DNA of 64,000 nucleotides from Hypanus sabinus (GCF_030144855.1 NC_082710.1:142042001-142106000); one strand, 5' to 3'. Positions 48,891-61,210 are shown, counted from the first letter of the stretch. Notes: generated from the sequence alone by a model not told the origin. Translations and numbers: made by a program.

Positions 48891-49722
48891 TTTCTTTTCC
48901 CTAGAGCATAGAAAAATGAGAAGAGATAAGATCTACAAAATTATGAGGGATATAGATACGGTAAATGCAAGCAAGCTTTTTCCACTCAGGTTGGATGAGA
49001 CGAGAGCTAGAGGTCATGGGATAAGGATAAAAGGTGAGACATTTAAGTGGAACCTATGAGGATACTTCTTTACTCAGAGAGTGGCACAGTTGTGGATCGA
49101 GCTATCAGTGGAAGTTGTGGACGCAGGTTTGACTGCAAAATTTAACCATATCACCGTGTCAAGTCAAGTCAAGTCACTTTTATTGTCATTTCACCCATAA
49201 CTGCTGGTACAGTACATAGTAAAAATCTTTCAGGACCATGGTGTTACATGACACAGTACAAAAACTAGACTGAACTACGTAAAAAAAAAACAACACAGAG
49301 AAAGCTACACTAGACTACAGACCTACACAGGACTGCATAAACAGCACAAAAACAGTGCAGGCATTACAATAACTAATAAACAGGACAATAGGGCAAGGTG
49401 TCAGTCCAGGCTCTGGGTATTGAGGACTCTGATAGCTTGGGGGAAGAAAATGTAAGATAGTCTGGTCATGAGAGCCCAAATGCTTCGGAGCTTTTTCCCA
49501 GACAGCAGTAGGGAGAAGAGATTGTATGGGGGCAGCATGGGTTCCTTCATAATGCTGTTTCCTTTGCGGATGCAGCGTGTGGTGTAAGTGTCTGTGATGG
49601 GGGTAAGAGAGACCCTGATGACCTACTCAGCTGACCTCACTATCCGCTACAGGGTCTTGCGATCCGAGACGGTGCAATTTCCGAACCAGGCAGTGATGCA
49701 GCTGCTCAGGATGCTCTCAATA

Positions 49723-51999
49723 TAATTAGCTTCAATATAATTATGGAGAAGGACAGGACTGGACCTAGAGTTGAGATTTTTGATTGGAGAAAGGCTAACT
49801 TTGAGGGGATGCGAAGGGATTTAGAGAGAGTGGATTGGGTCAAGTTGTTTTATGGGAAGGATGTAATAGAGAAATGGAGGTCATTTAAGGGTGAAATTAT
49901 GAGGGTACAGAATCTTTATGTTCCTGTTAGGGTGAAAGGAAAGGTTAAAGGTTTGAAAGCACCATGGTTTTCAAGGGATATTAGAAATTTGGTTCAGAAA
50001 AAGAGGGATGTCTACAATAGATATAGGCAGCATGGAGTAAAGGAATTGCTCGAGGAATATAAAGAATGTAAAAGGAATCTTAAGAAAGAGATTAGAAAAG
50101 CTAAAAGAAGATACGAGGTTGGTTTGGCAAATAAGGTGAAAGTAAATCCGAAAGGTTTCTACAGTTATATTAAAAGCAAGAGGATAGTGAGGGATAAAAT
50201 TGGCCCCTTAGAGAATCAGAGTGGTCAGCTATGTGTGGAACCGAAGGAGATGGGAGAGATTTTGAATGATTTCTTCTCTTCGGTATTCACTAAGGAGAAG
50301 GATATTGAATTGTCTAAGGTGTGGGAAACAAGTAAGGAAGTTATGGAACCTATGACAATTAAAGAGGTGGAGGTACTGGCGCTTTTAAGAAATTTAAAAG
50401 TGGATACATCTCCGGATCCTGACAGGATATTCCCCAGGACTTTGAGGGAAGTTTGTGTAGAAATAGCAGGAGCTCTGACAGAGATCTTTAATATGTCATT
50501 AGAAATGGGGATTGTGCCGGAGGATTGGCGTATTGCTCATGTGGTTCCATTGTTTAAAAAGGGTTCCAGAAGGAAGCCTAGCAATTATAGACCTGTCAGT
50601 TTGACATCAGTGGTGGGTAAATTAATGGAAAGTATTCTTAGAGATAGTATTTATAATTATCTGGATAGACGGGATCTGATTAGAAGTAGCCAGCATGGAT
50701 TTGTGCGTGGAAGGTCATGTTTGACAAACGTTATTGAATTTTTTGAAGAAGTTACGAGGAATGTTGACGAGGGTAAGGCAGTGGATGTAGTCTATATGGA
50801 CTTCAGCAAAGCCTTTGACAAAGTTCCACATGGAAGGTTAGTTAAGAAGGTTCAGTCGTTAGGTATTAATGCTGGAGTAATAAAATGGATTCAACAGTGG
50901 CTAGATGGGAGATGCCAGAGAGTAGTGGTGGATAATTGTTTATCGGGATGGAGGCCGGTGACTAGCGGGGTGCCTCAGGGATCTGTTTTGGGCCCAATGT
51001 TGTTTGTAATATACATAAATGATCTGGATGATGGGGTGGTTTAGTAATCCAATTACTAAATTGGATTAGTAAGTATGCCGATGATACTAAGGTAGGAGGT
51101 GTTGTGGATAATGAGGTGGATTTTCAAAGTTTGCAGGGAGATTTATGCCGGTTAGAAGAATGGGCTGAACGTTGGCAGATGGAGTTTAATGCTGAGAAGT
51201 GTGAGGTTCTACATTTTGGCAGGAATAATCCAAATAGAACATACAGAGTAAATGGTAGGGCATTGAGGAATGCAGAGGAACAGAGAGATCTAGGAATAAC
51301 TGTGCATAGTTCCCTGAAAGTGGAGTCTCATGTAGATAGGGTGGTGAAGAGGGCTTTTGGAACGCTGGCCTTTATAAATCAAAGCATTGAGTACAGAAGT
51401 TGGGATGTAATGCTAAAGTTGTACAAGGCATTGGTAAGGCCAAATTTGGAATATTGTGTGCAGTTCTGGTCACCGAATTATAGGAAAGAAATCAATAAAT
51501 TAGAGAGAGTGCAGAGACGATTTACTAGGATGTTACCTGGGTTTCAGCAATTAAGTTACAGAGAAGGATTGAACAAGTTAGGTCTCTATTCATTGGAGCG
51601 TAGAAGGTTGAGGGGGGAGTTGATTGAGGTATTTAAAATTTTGAGAGGGATAGATAGAGTTGACGTGAACAGGCTGTTTCCATTGAGAGTAGGGGAGATT
51701 CAAACTAGAGGACATGATTTGAGAGTTAGGGGGCAGAAGTTTAAGGGAAACACGAGAGGGTATTTCTTTACTCAAAGAGTGATAGCTGTGTGGAATGAGC
51801 TTCCTGTAGAAGTAGTAGAGGCCAGTTCAGTTGTGTCATTTAAGGTAAAATTGGATAGGTATATAGACAGGAAAGGAGTGGAGGGTTATGGGCTGAGTGC
51901 GGGTAGGTGGGACTAGGTGAGATTAAGGGTTCGGCATGGACTAGGAGGGCCAAGATGGCCTGTTTCCGTGCTGTGATTGTTATATGGTTATATGGTTAT
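49723..51999 (+). mobile_element. Young 5'-truncated CR1 LINE
   Basis: Long RT ORFs, 3' UTR, (tatatggt)n tail, short TSD AATA (49719-22, 52000-03). Confidence 0.95.
49743..51916 (+). pseudogene. CR1 ORF2 reverse transcriptase (ORFs 49743-51044 + 51104-51916), disrupted by one 17-bp insertion
   Basis: [47 protein letters not shown] (51074-85), LEYCVQFWSP; deleting 51041-51057 gives one 718-aa frame; the APE domain is absent. Confidence 0.95.
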
Positions 52000-52359
52000 A
52001 ATACAACCCCGGTAGAATGTGATGAGGATGGGGGGTGGGAGAGAGACTTTCCTCAGCCTTCACAGAAAGTAGAGATGCTGTTGGGCTTTCTTTGCTGTGG
52101 AGCTGGTGTTGAGGGACCAGGTGAGATTCTCCATCAGGTGAACACCAAGAAATTTGGTGCTCTTTACGATCTCTACCAAGGAGCCGTCGATGTTCAGCGG
52201 GGAGTACTCGCACTGATGGATGGTGGCGGCCTTAAAGCACGTTGGAACGGTGGTGCTGAAGATGTCAGTGAGAACATCTGCTAGCTGGTCTGCACATCCT
52301 CTGACTAGTCTACCAGAGATGTTGTCTGGTCCAGCAGCCTTCCATGGGCTGGCAATTAT

Positions 52360-53061
52360 TGGCAATTATAGCATGGAAACAGGCCATCTAGGCCCTTCTA
52401 GTCCATGCCGAATGCTTACTCTCACCTAGTCCCACCAACCTGCACTCAGCCCATAACCTTCCATTCCTTTCCTTTCCATATACCTATCCAATTTTTTTTA
52501 AATGACAATAATGAACCTGCCTCTACCACTTCTACCAGAAGCTTGTTCCACACAGCTACCACACTCTGAGTAAAGAAGTTCCCCCTTGTGTTACCCCTAA
52601 ACTTTTGTCCCTTAACTCTCAACTCATGTCCTTTTGTTTGAATCTCCCCTACTCTCAATGGAAAAAGCCTATCTGTGTCAACTCTATCTACCCCTCATAA
52701 TTTTAAATACCTCTATCAAGTCCCCCTCAACCTTCCACACTCCAAAGAATAAAGACCTAACTTGTTCAACCTTTCCCTGTAACTTAGGTGCTGAAACCCA
52801 GGTAACATTCTAGTAAATCTTCTCTGTACTCTCTCTATTTTGTTGACATCTTTCCTATAATTTGGTGACAAGAACTGTACACAATACTCCAAATTTGGCC
52901 TTACCAATGCCCTGTATAATTTTAACATTACATCCCAACTCCTATACTCAACGCTCTGATTTATAAAGGCCAGCATAACAAAAGCTTTCTTCACCACCCT
53001 ATCCACATGAGATTCCACCTTCAGGGAACTATGCACCATTATTCCTAGATCGCTCTGTTCT
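52360..53061 (-). mobile_element. CR1 3' fragment, same family as 49723-51999, antisense
   Basis: ORFs 52716-53084 and 52446-52658 closely match the C-terminal part of 51104-51916. Confidence 0.93.
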
Positions 53062-53310
53062 GAGAGCAGATTAGATATGTGCATGGATGACAGGGGTTTA
53101 GAGGTCTATGGTCTAGGTACTAGTTAATGAGACCAGGCAGAATAACAGTTCAGCATGGACTAGATGAGCTCTAAGGCCTGTTTCTGTTCTGTAGTGCTCT
53201 ATGACTATAACCTGGAATGAGTATACAGTTGTCCAAATACAAGGCAACTGTAAGGATGTGGATTACTATCTCCAACATGACAGTTAATAAAAAGGCTTAC
53301 TGAGCAGAGT

Positions 53311-53690
53311 CCTACTGCTCGTTATGTCACTGACATTTAGGGCAGCAATGTAGGTCCTCCATCTCTGATGATGTTCCGGACTTCCTTCATTGTGTCTGTA
53401 GCTCAGTTTTCACTGCTGTCAGTCATGCAAGTTTTGGGTGGAGACTCAGGAATATCGTCACACTCAGATACAGAAGGACTCTTTTTGTTTTACCAGTGTT
53501 GTTAGCCCTGAGCTGAACCCCTGAACCTGGAAAACTTGTGGACCACTCGGAGTCTGGCCACTACCTTTTGACCTGTTTGGCATGGTGACCCTACCAAAAG
53601 CCAAAGCATAAAGCCCTGACTCCAGCCAGCCTCTGGGTCATTGAGGCACACATGCCTACAAACTACAACAAGAGGTTGTGGTCCTCTTGA
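53311..53690 (-). mobile_element. RTE-derived bipartite non-autonomous element (5' UTR joined to 3' end)
   Basis: Minus strand gtgtgcctcaatgacccag...ggtagggtcaccatgccaaacaggtc resembles RTE/Rex3 5' UTRs; gatggaggacctacattgctgccctaaatg resembles an RTE ORF end. Confidence 0.62.
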
Positions 53691-55134
53691 AAGACTGAAC
53701 AGAATACTTTCCTCTATTAGCTGGAGTATAGAATAAATAGGAATGCTCAAACTCTGAAGGGAACTACACAAAGCTCTAGTCACTTCACAATGGGATGAAT
53801 ATGGTGGCATTGGAGATTTATAAGTGAGGAATTTACAAGTATGCTTCGAAAGTTGGAGAAGTGGTTGGACTACCAATTTCTTACCTCAGTCCAGATGTGT
53901 AAACAATGAGAAGTTTTGACAAAGTGAATTCAGAAGGCATATATATAACTGAGCATTAATTAAGAGCATGGGTTTTGAAATACTGGTGGGGAGATTTGAT
54001 AAAATATTCTCAGCCCGATGGTAGGGATGTTCTGCAAGTAATTAAAAAACAGAAAATGCTGGAAGCTCTCAGCAGGTGAGGCAAGAATCATTTAATGTTT
54101 TATATTCTGGACCCTGCGTCAACTCCATTCTAAAGTTTATCACCACCTCTAGTGCACCAGCAGCTGACTGTCTAAGGAAAAGTGTTCAAAAGCCAAGTCC
54201 TTTACAACTGGCACCAGAATCACGGACTACTGAGCAACAATGGGAAAAGTCAAGCTGTGTTTCTAATTCTGCACTCTCTTGTAATATTATACCAATATTA
54301 AGAAACACCAGAAGCAATGAAGAAAGTTTAAGACCTCCCCTAGCTATATTTGCCAATGCCTTTTACAGTTAACACTCCCATGTGTAGGTTTCTAGACTCC
54401 CTAAATGAGAATGGGGAAAACAAGGAGAAGGAAAATAAATCCCCAAAGACTTTTACTGAATGATTTGCTACATAGCCTACTTAATGTTTACAGCTTTGTG
54501 GCTTATTAGTAATATAAACACCACAAAAATTCACTGACATCGATGTCTCTGGGCACCCACTGCCCCGATTGCCAGCTTTTCCAGACTTAGCATTGGACAG
54601 TGACTGTAAAATAGACTTCAGTATATGAATGTTCACAATCCCAAAACCCAGAGGTAGGAATCTAAATTAGACCTTGCGCAAGACGTTACTTTGAAATATC
54701 ATCTGACTACGGTATCTGTGGGACTCAGGGACTTGCAGCAAAAGGCCATTTCTGCCCTTGAACCCACATAAATTTGAAACAAATGAGGCAGCATAGGATG
54801 AGATATCGCCTGTGCTTGCAAAACAAAGGTAATAAACACATACTATCTGGTAAACCACTAACAGGAGGAGACTTTTCAGTGCAGATTATCCCATGTGATG
54901 TTATTACACACAAATCAAGTTATTTTTTCTTGCCTGCCAAGCATAACTATTTAAGCCACATGTTTAGTTACTAAAATTGATTTAAATACACAAAGATGTT
55001 TACATCTGAAATCCTTGCCTCATAATGTTATCGGATTTATGATTAGTACATTGTTATTGATTAATAACATTTACTCTACTAATGGAAGTCTCAGCCTCTT
55101 TGCTCATGTCCGCTCCAGCTTTCAGTGGGATGAC

Positions 55135-55455
55135 GGAGACACAAGAGACTGCAGATGCTGAAAATTTGAAGCAACACACTAAAAGAGCTAAAGGAACTCA
55201 GCAGACCAGGTAGCACCTAGGACACGGGTTCCAACCTTTTTTATGCCATGGTCCAGTACCATTATGCAAGAGGTCTGTAGAACCCATGTTAGGAACCCCT
55301 GATCTGGAGTGAAATGGACAGTCGACATTTTGGATTGAGACCCTCCATCATGACTAGCTAATAAAGGGTCTCGACACAAATCATCAACTGTCCATTTCCC
55401 TCAATAGATACTTTTTGACCCATTGCGTTCCTCCAGCTACTTTTGTATGTGTTTC
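55135..55455. mobile_element. Penelope-derived fold-back element
   Basis: Arms gaaatggacagtcgac...gagaccct / agggtctcga...tcaactgtccatttc. Confidence 0.72.
55223..55301. mobile_element. Small hAT (Charlie-like) MITE, ~79 bp
   Basis: Imperfect TIRs cacgggttccaacc / gttaggaacccctg interrupting the fold-back arm; TSD degraded. Confidence 0.62.
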
Positions 55456-55599
55456 AATGAGAATAAGAGCAATCTGTTTGTTGCCTGAATACACATAGTT
55501 GCTTCTTCCCCATTTTCACAATAAATTATTTTAACCAAAAAACATTGTTAATGCTCAGCATTTCAGCCAGCAAATGTAGAATGTAACAGTAAAGTTCAA

Positions 55600-55915
55600 G
55601 AAGCTCAAGACAGCTCAAGAAGACAATGTCCATCAATAAGGACCCTCACCCTTTAGGACATGCCCTCTTATCATTATCATCGGGGGGGGGGGGGGGGAGG
55701 AATAGGAGCCAGAAGAGACACACCCAATGACCTAGGAACAGCTTCTTCACCTCCATAATTAGGTATATAAACAGTCCATGAACCCATGATTCCTTGTTTT
55801 TGCAATATTTACTTTTGTAATTTATAGATTTTTATGTCTTGCACTGTACTGCTGCTGCAAAACAACAAAACTTAGCATCAGATGTCAGTGATAAAAAACC
55901 TGATTTTGATTCTGA
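55600..55915 (+). mobile_element. Rex1/Babar 3' fragment with a poly-G run
   Basis: aaggaccctcaccc, ggaacagcttcttc, gcactgtactgctgctgcaaaac tail. Confidence 0.7.
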
Positions 55916-56174
55916 TCGGGATTGGTGAGTGTTGTAAAATACTCAGAGTTTAGGCAATATTTGTGAAGGGCAAGCAGAGTTCATGTTTGGGTGAGCTTTC
56001 GTCAGAACATGAAACACCATTTCTCTTTCTCTCTCCACTATTGCTGCCGATTCTTTGAATATTTTTTCAGTATTCCCAGTTTTTATTTCCGACTTCTAGC
56101 TTCTGCAGTTTCATTTTTGCTTTACAGAAACAACAGATCTGTTTCTCAATCCTCAAAAATCAACTACCTCACCC

Positions 56175-58165
56175 AAGAGCTTCTGGTTGGGGTAAGCCTT
56201 GAATGATTTTCTGGGGACACGCTCATATACAGCTGTTCAAATTAAGTCCATTACAACCCTGGTGTGTTCATACAGGTCCATAGATGAGTGGTTGAACACT
56301 GCCCAGTCCAGCGACTCGAAGCAATCCTGTAACCATTCCTCAGTTTCCAATGATCCCCTCATAGTTGGCTTAATCTCTGAAGCCTTGCTTTTAAATCGCT
56401 GTTTGTATGCAAGTAGCAACGTACAGCCGAATGGTCCAACTTACCAAAATACAGTCTCGGGAAGGAATGATAGGCACTCCTTATCATAGTGTAGCAGTGG
56501 TCTAGTGTGATGGGACTTCGGGAGCAACAAGTTACATGCAGGTGAGAATTGGACGGGGCTTTCTTCAAACGGGCCTGGTTGAAGTCACTGACTATCATTT
56601 GAAGTTTATCAGGATGGGCTGTTTCTTGCCTGCAGACGACAATGTGCAATGTCATGAGTGCTTTCTTTTTTTTTATTTATTAAATTTTAGAAATTACAAA
56701 GAATAAATGTAATAGTAAAATAGTAAGAAAGATAATACTAACCCTCCCCCCTCCCCTTAACCCTCCCCCCCCCTTAACCCTTATCTAAAGAAAAAAAAAA
56801 GAAAGAAGAGAAAGATTGCCTGGATATCGGAGGATCCCCCCATGCTCCATGGAGTTCAAAATAATTTTAATATTTATTTTTTACTATCCCCAATTACTAT
56901 AATTTTATCTTCAAAGGACCTATGTATTTAATCCTATCTTTTGTAAGTATGGGAGCCAAATTTTCAAAAATATATCATATTCATTTCTTAAATTATATGT
57001 AATTTTTTCAAATGAAATACAACTATGTATTTCATTATTCCAACGATCCATAGCTAAATATAAATCAGATTTCCAACTAACTGCGACAACTTTTTTAGCT
57101 ACTGCCAATGCAATTTTTATAAATTTTTTTCTGATACTTGTTCAATTTAAGTTTCGGTATTGTCCCTTCGATTATTATAAAGCAAATCAACTTAGATTTA
57201 TTGCATCTTTTTTTGATGAAGAAAAATTGGCATGGATTAAAATAGAATTGGATAAGATAGGAGAACATATACCAGAAGATTTTATATATAAATGGGAATC
57301 CAAATGGATATGGGAAAAAAAAGTATCTCCTATATTAAGACATTTGATTGATTTATGGAATAAGGTAAATATAGATGATGAGATAAAGAAATCTTTATTA
57401 GCAAAAAGAACTTTAATTCAAAATAGGCTTATTCCTTTTACAATGGACAATAAACTTTTACATAATTGGTTCCAAAAGGGGATTAAATATATAGGTGATT
57501 GTTTCGAAGGAGGTATATTGATGTCATTTGATCAATTAAAAAATAACTATAAAATATCAAATAACACTCTTTTCTGTTATTTTCAATTAAGAGCCTATTT
57601 ACAAGAAAAGCTGGGACAAACAATGTTGATGCCAAAACCTAGTGAAATAGAAATATTGATTCAGAAAGGAAGAATTAAAAAATTTACATCTTGTATGTAT
57701 AATTTGATTCAAAAGCAAATAATTAAATTAGGAATTCATAAATCAAGACAAAAATGGGAATCTGATTTGAATGTTAAAATTGATGGGAAAAACTGGACAA
57801 GATTATGTTTTGATAGTATGAGAAATGCAATAAATGTTCGACTTAGATTAATACAATATATTTTTTACATCAATTGTATAAAACACCACAGAAAATAAAT
57901 AGATTAAATTCAAATATGTCTGACCAATGTTTTCGATGTAATCAAGAAATTGGTACCTTTTTACATTCTACTTGGTCTTGTTTTAAAATTCAACCATTTT
58001 GGATAAATTTAAGACTTTTATTGGAACAAATTACTGGAGTACAACTCCCACATAGTCCACTATTATTTTTATAGGAGACAGTGAAGGGACAATGAGTGCT
58101 TTCTTATAGTCGGTTGCTGGTGGTATATTAACTGCGGTCAGGATCATGGATGAGAACTCTCGAGT
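56175..58165 (-). mobile_element. Rex1/Babar endonuclease-region fragment split by L1
   Basis: ORFs 56359-56655 (IVSDFNQA...TLDHCYT...FGKLDHSAV) and 56237-56419 (LQDCFESLDW); continues at 58106 as VILTAVNIPP. Confidence 0.85.
56668..58091 (-). mobile_element. L1 LINE insertion with 5' inversion (3' part minus 56668-~57171, inverted part plus ~57171-58091)
   Basis: 14-bp TSD ATGAGTGCTTTCTT (56654-67, 58092-105); poly(T) and tttatt at the left end; ORF2 pieces 57227-57898 and 57874-58074 with CCHC motif CFRCNQEIGTFLHSTWSC on plus, terminal ORF 56920-57108 on minus. Confidence 0.93.
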
Positions 58166-58904
58166 TACAAAACGGAACAGTCTTCTTTTGCACGCTGGTT
58201 GTTTGTCAATCTTTAGCTGTAATTTTTCATTGATTTTGTTGCATTTCTATGCTCTACTGTGAATGCCTACATGGAAATGAATCTTGGCGTAGTACGTGGT
58301 GACATAAATGCACTTCGATTATAAATCTTCTTTGAACGTTGATGCCACTTGATGCTTAAATGAAGTACTGGTTGTTCACTGTGATGTTGTTCAAAGAGCC
58401 CTGTAACCATTGGTATTGGTGATGCTTTATTGCTCTCACATGCACTGAGACAAAGTAAAACACTTTGCCATTCAGAGAGGTTATGCCAAAGCTAAGTACA
58501 TCGAGGCAGTTAGCAGAAAAAGTGAGTGCAAACTGCGTTGTTGCAACAGCAGTGCAGCCAGACAAATGGAGTGCAAGGGAGACTGTGAGGTAAAGTGGGA
58601 GATCAAGTGCTCACCTTTTCACATTGAGAGGTCTGTTCAGCAGGACAGAAACTTTCCTTAAACTCGGTAATATATACTCCCAAGCTTTTGTATCTTCTGT
58701 TCAAAAGAAGAATTGCAATACCGTGTTTAAATAGAATCATTAGATTACCTGGGAAAAGGGCCTGCTTACTAGTTAGTACATTGGTTATGCTACTTGTTTA
58801 AATAGGTAGTAAACTGGTTGCTGTTGCTCCATTAGTGTAAACTCTGTGGCCTGTTTGAATAGACTCTTTAACCTGCTATAGTATGTTGGCTGAATAGACT
58901 TTTT

Positions 58905-59150
58905 GGACCAATATCACATCCACCCATATATCCACCAATATCACCCATCCACTTTGCCCCTCACCTGGTCTCATCTACCACCTGCCATCTTGTACTCCTT
59001 TCCTCCCAGCCACCTCCTTATTCTAGCATCTGTCCCCTTTCTTTCCAGTCCTGATGAAGGATCTCAGCCCAAAACATTGGCTCTTTATTCCCCTTCGCAG
59101 CTACGTCATGACTTGCTGAGTTCATCCAACATTCTGTGTGTTCTGCTCGA
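58905..59150 (+). mobile_element. Penelope-like 3' terminus
   Basis: Pyrimidine-rich UTR, cagtcctgatgaaggatctcagcccaaaac, gacttgctgagttcatccaac. Confidence 0.75.
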
Positions 59151-59301
59151 GACATCACTTGAGTTTTCACTGTTTGTACTCACTTAAGTAGACTCCCTGG
59201 GTTGACAGGTATTTCACTGAGAAAATAAACTTCATTTACTGTAAATACTGCAACATATTGATGGTCAGAGTAGTACTGAAACTTCATTTCAAATTTCCTT
59301 T

Positions 59302-59540
59302 AGAAACATAGAAAACCTACAGCACAATACAGGCCCTTCAGCCCACAAAGCTGAACATGTCCCTTCCTTAGAACTATCTAGGCTTACCCATAGCCCTCTA
59401 TTTTTCTAAGCTCCATGTATCCATCCAAGAGTCTCTAAAAAGACCCTATCATTTCTGTCTCCACCACAGCCACCGGTAGCCCATTCCATGCACTCACCAC
59501 TCTCTGCATAAAACACTTACCCCGACATCTCCTCTGTACC
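59302..59540 (-). mobile_element. CR1 3' fragment
   Basis: agaaacatagaaaacc tail; reverse complement of the 60145-60380 region. Confidence 0.85.
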
Positions 59541-59589
59541 TTTATTTTTATAAAATAGTACTGAGAAAACTGATGGGAGTGAAGGAACA

Positions 59590-60380
59590 ATATAAGTGTG
59601 AGGTGGCTCATTTTGGTAGGTCAAATATGATGGCAGAATATAGTATTAATGGCAAGACTCTTGGCAGTGTGGAGGATCAGAGGGATCTTGGGGTCCAAGT
59701 CGAAAGGACACTCAAAGCTGCTGCACAGGTTGACTCTGTGGTTAAGAAAGCATACGATGCATTGACCTTCATCAATCGTGGGATTGAGTTTAGGAGCTGA
59801 GAGGTAATGTTGCAGCTATATAGGACCCTGGTCAGACCCCACTTGGAGTACTGTGCTCAGTTCTGGTCTCCTCACCACAGGAAGGATGTGGAAACTATAG
59901 AAAGGGTGCAGAGGAGATTTACAAGGATGTTACCTGGATTGGGAAGCATGCCTTATGAGAATAGGTTGAAGGAACTCGGCCTTTTCTGCTTGGTGTGATG
60001 GAGGATGAGAGGTGACCTGATAGAGGTGTATAGGATGATGAGAGGCATTGATCGTGTGGATAGTCAGAGGCTTTTTCCCAGGGCTGAAATGCCTAACAGG
60101 AGAGGTCACAGTTTTAAGGTGCTTGGAAGTAGGTACAGAGGAGAGTCAGGGGTAAGTTTTTTACGCAGTGAGTGATGAGAGCGTGGAATGGGCTGCCGGC
60201 GACAGTGGTGGAGGCGGATACGATAGGGTCTTTTAAGAGACTCCTGGACAAGTACATGGAGCACAGAAAATTAGAGGGCTATTGGTAACCATAGGTAATT
60301 TCTAAGGCAAGGACATGTTTGGCACAGCTTTATGGGCGGAAGGGCCTGTATTGTGCTGTAGGCTTTCTACATTTCTATGT
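59590..60380 (+). mobile_element. CR1 3' fragment
   Basis: ORFs 59573-59800 (KCEVAHFG, QRDLGV) and 59807-59998 (LVRPHLEYCAQFWSP). Confidence 0.92.
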
Positions 60381-60409
60381 AACAAATCTCCTGCAGTTAG
60401 TGGTCCAAA

Positions 60410-61210
60410 TTTACTTATTATTTCATTTAGAGATGCATCACGATAACAGGGTTTTCCAGCCCAATGAGCCTGCACCACCCAAATACACCTATCTGACCAA
60501 TTAACTGTAACCCTTGGGTTCTGTCAGCTGCGTAAACCTAGGAAAGACAGTCTCTGGCCCCACCAAATGTATGAGATTGAGGTGCAAAGCCCCCTGTTTG
60601 TATGGAGGCTGTGTGTTGTGTTACCCTGTTACAAATCAGTACCATGAATTAACAGACAGGACACCACATGCAATTAAATAACTTAGCTTTTTTTTCTTAA
60701 TTTGACTAAAGGGTTGTTAAAGTAAGACAAAAAGAAAAAGCCCCATTTTAATGAGACAGTCTAATGTGCACAAGTTGGAGCTCACCGTTTCTCTTCCACT
60801 GGTCCTCCATCGACTTTCCCGGGCTTTGTCGAATCCCAGTCCCACTCCAAGTCCACTCCTTCCTGGTGCCTATGACCTCTCCTTTCTGGCATCTTCTCTC
60901 TCCATCTTCTGCTGAACAAAAGACCCAGATTGCCTCTGTGTCAGGCACACAGCAGGAAAACACCATCCCCTCACTGGATAGCTCACATTCCAAAGCACCC
61001 GTTATCTCTAATCATAACCCAAACACTGCTGCTACAGAAAGACCTTTACATCAGCAGTGAAACCTTTCCCAGGGTGTTACATAACCTACTAACTTGTCAT
61101 CTTTGGGTATGTGTGGAGAAACCTATACGGTCATGGGAGAACATACAAACTTCATGGTGGGAATTGGACCTGGTGTGCTGTCACTTTAATAGTGCTATCA
61201 TACCACCCAT
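60410..61210 (-). mobile_element. V-SINE split by a solo LTR
   Basis: gaccaattaac|ctactaac joins across the LTR and matches the 12735-13044 SINE. Confidence 0.75.
60506..61081. mobile_element. Solo LTR (576 bp), same family as 11287-12145, opposite orientation
   Basis: TGTAAC...GTTACA termini, TSD TAAC (60502-05, 61082-85). Confidence 0.92.

Larger units (their letters stand above)
49158..52350 (-). mobile_element. Rex1/Babar fragment split by a young CR1
   Basis: (caagt)n tail at 49158; ORF 52060-52365 [12 protein letters not shown]...CADQLADVL...KFLGVHL.ENLTWS...[10 protein letters not shown]; joins across the CR1 as gctctcaata|caacccc. Confidence 0.9.
44880..53205 (+). mobile_element. 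Old CR1 ORF2, fragmented by nested insertions (pieces 44880-45725, 47335-48132, 48891-49145, 53062-53205)
   Basis: Colinear motifs: GLYCRL...VVLVGDFNF (APE), GKVVDVVYIDFSK, SKFMDDT, AFINQSIEYRSWD, YFFTQRV, 3' UTR. Confidence 0.85.

Noticed and set aside
49743-51916. Retron, group II intron, DGR or domesticated RT gene
   Set aside because: Motifs, 3' UTR, tail and TSD are those of a 5'-truncated CR1 LINE, and many decayed siblings surround it.
55682-55697. Poly-G run as a functional G-quadruplex
   Set aside because: It is a homopolymer expansion at the ccatcagggagg position of a Rex fragment, and its length may be a sequencing artefact.
11287-61081. One giant LTR element or composite transposon bounded by the two homologous LTRs
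   Set aside because: The copies are inverted and each has its own TSD, so they are independent insertions.
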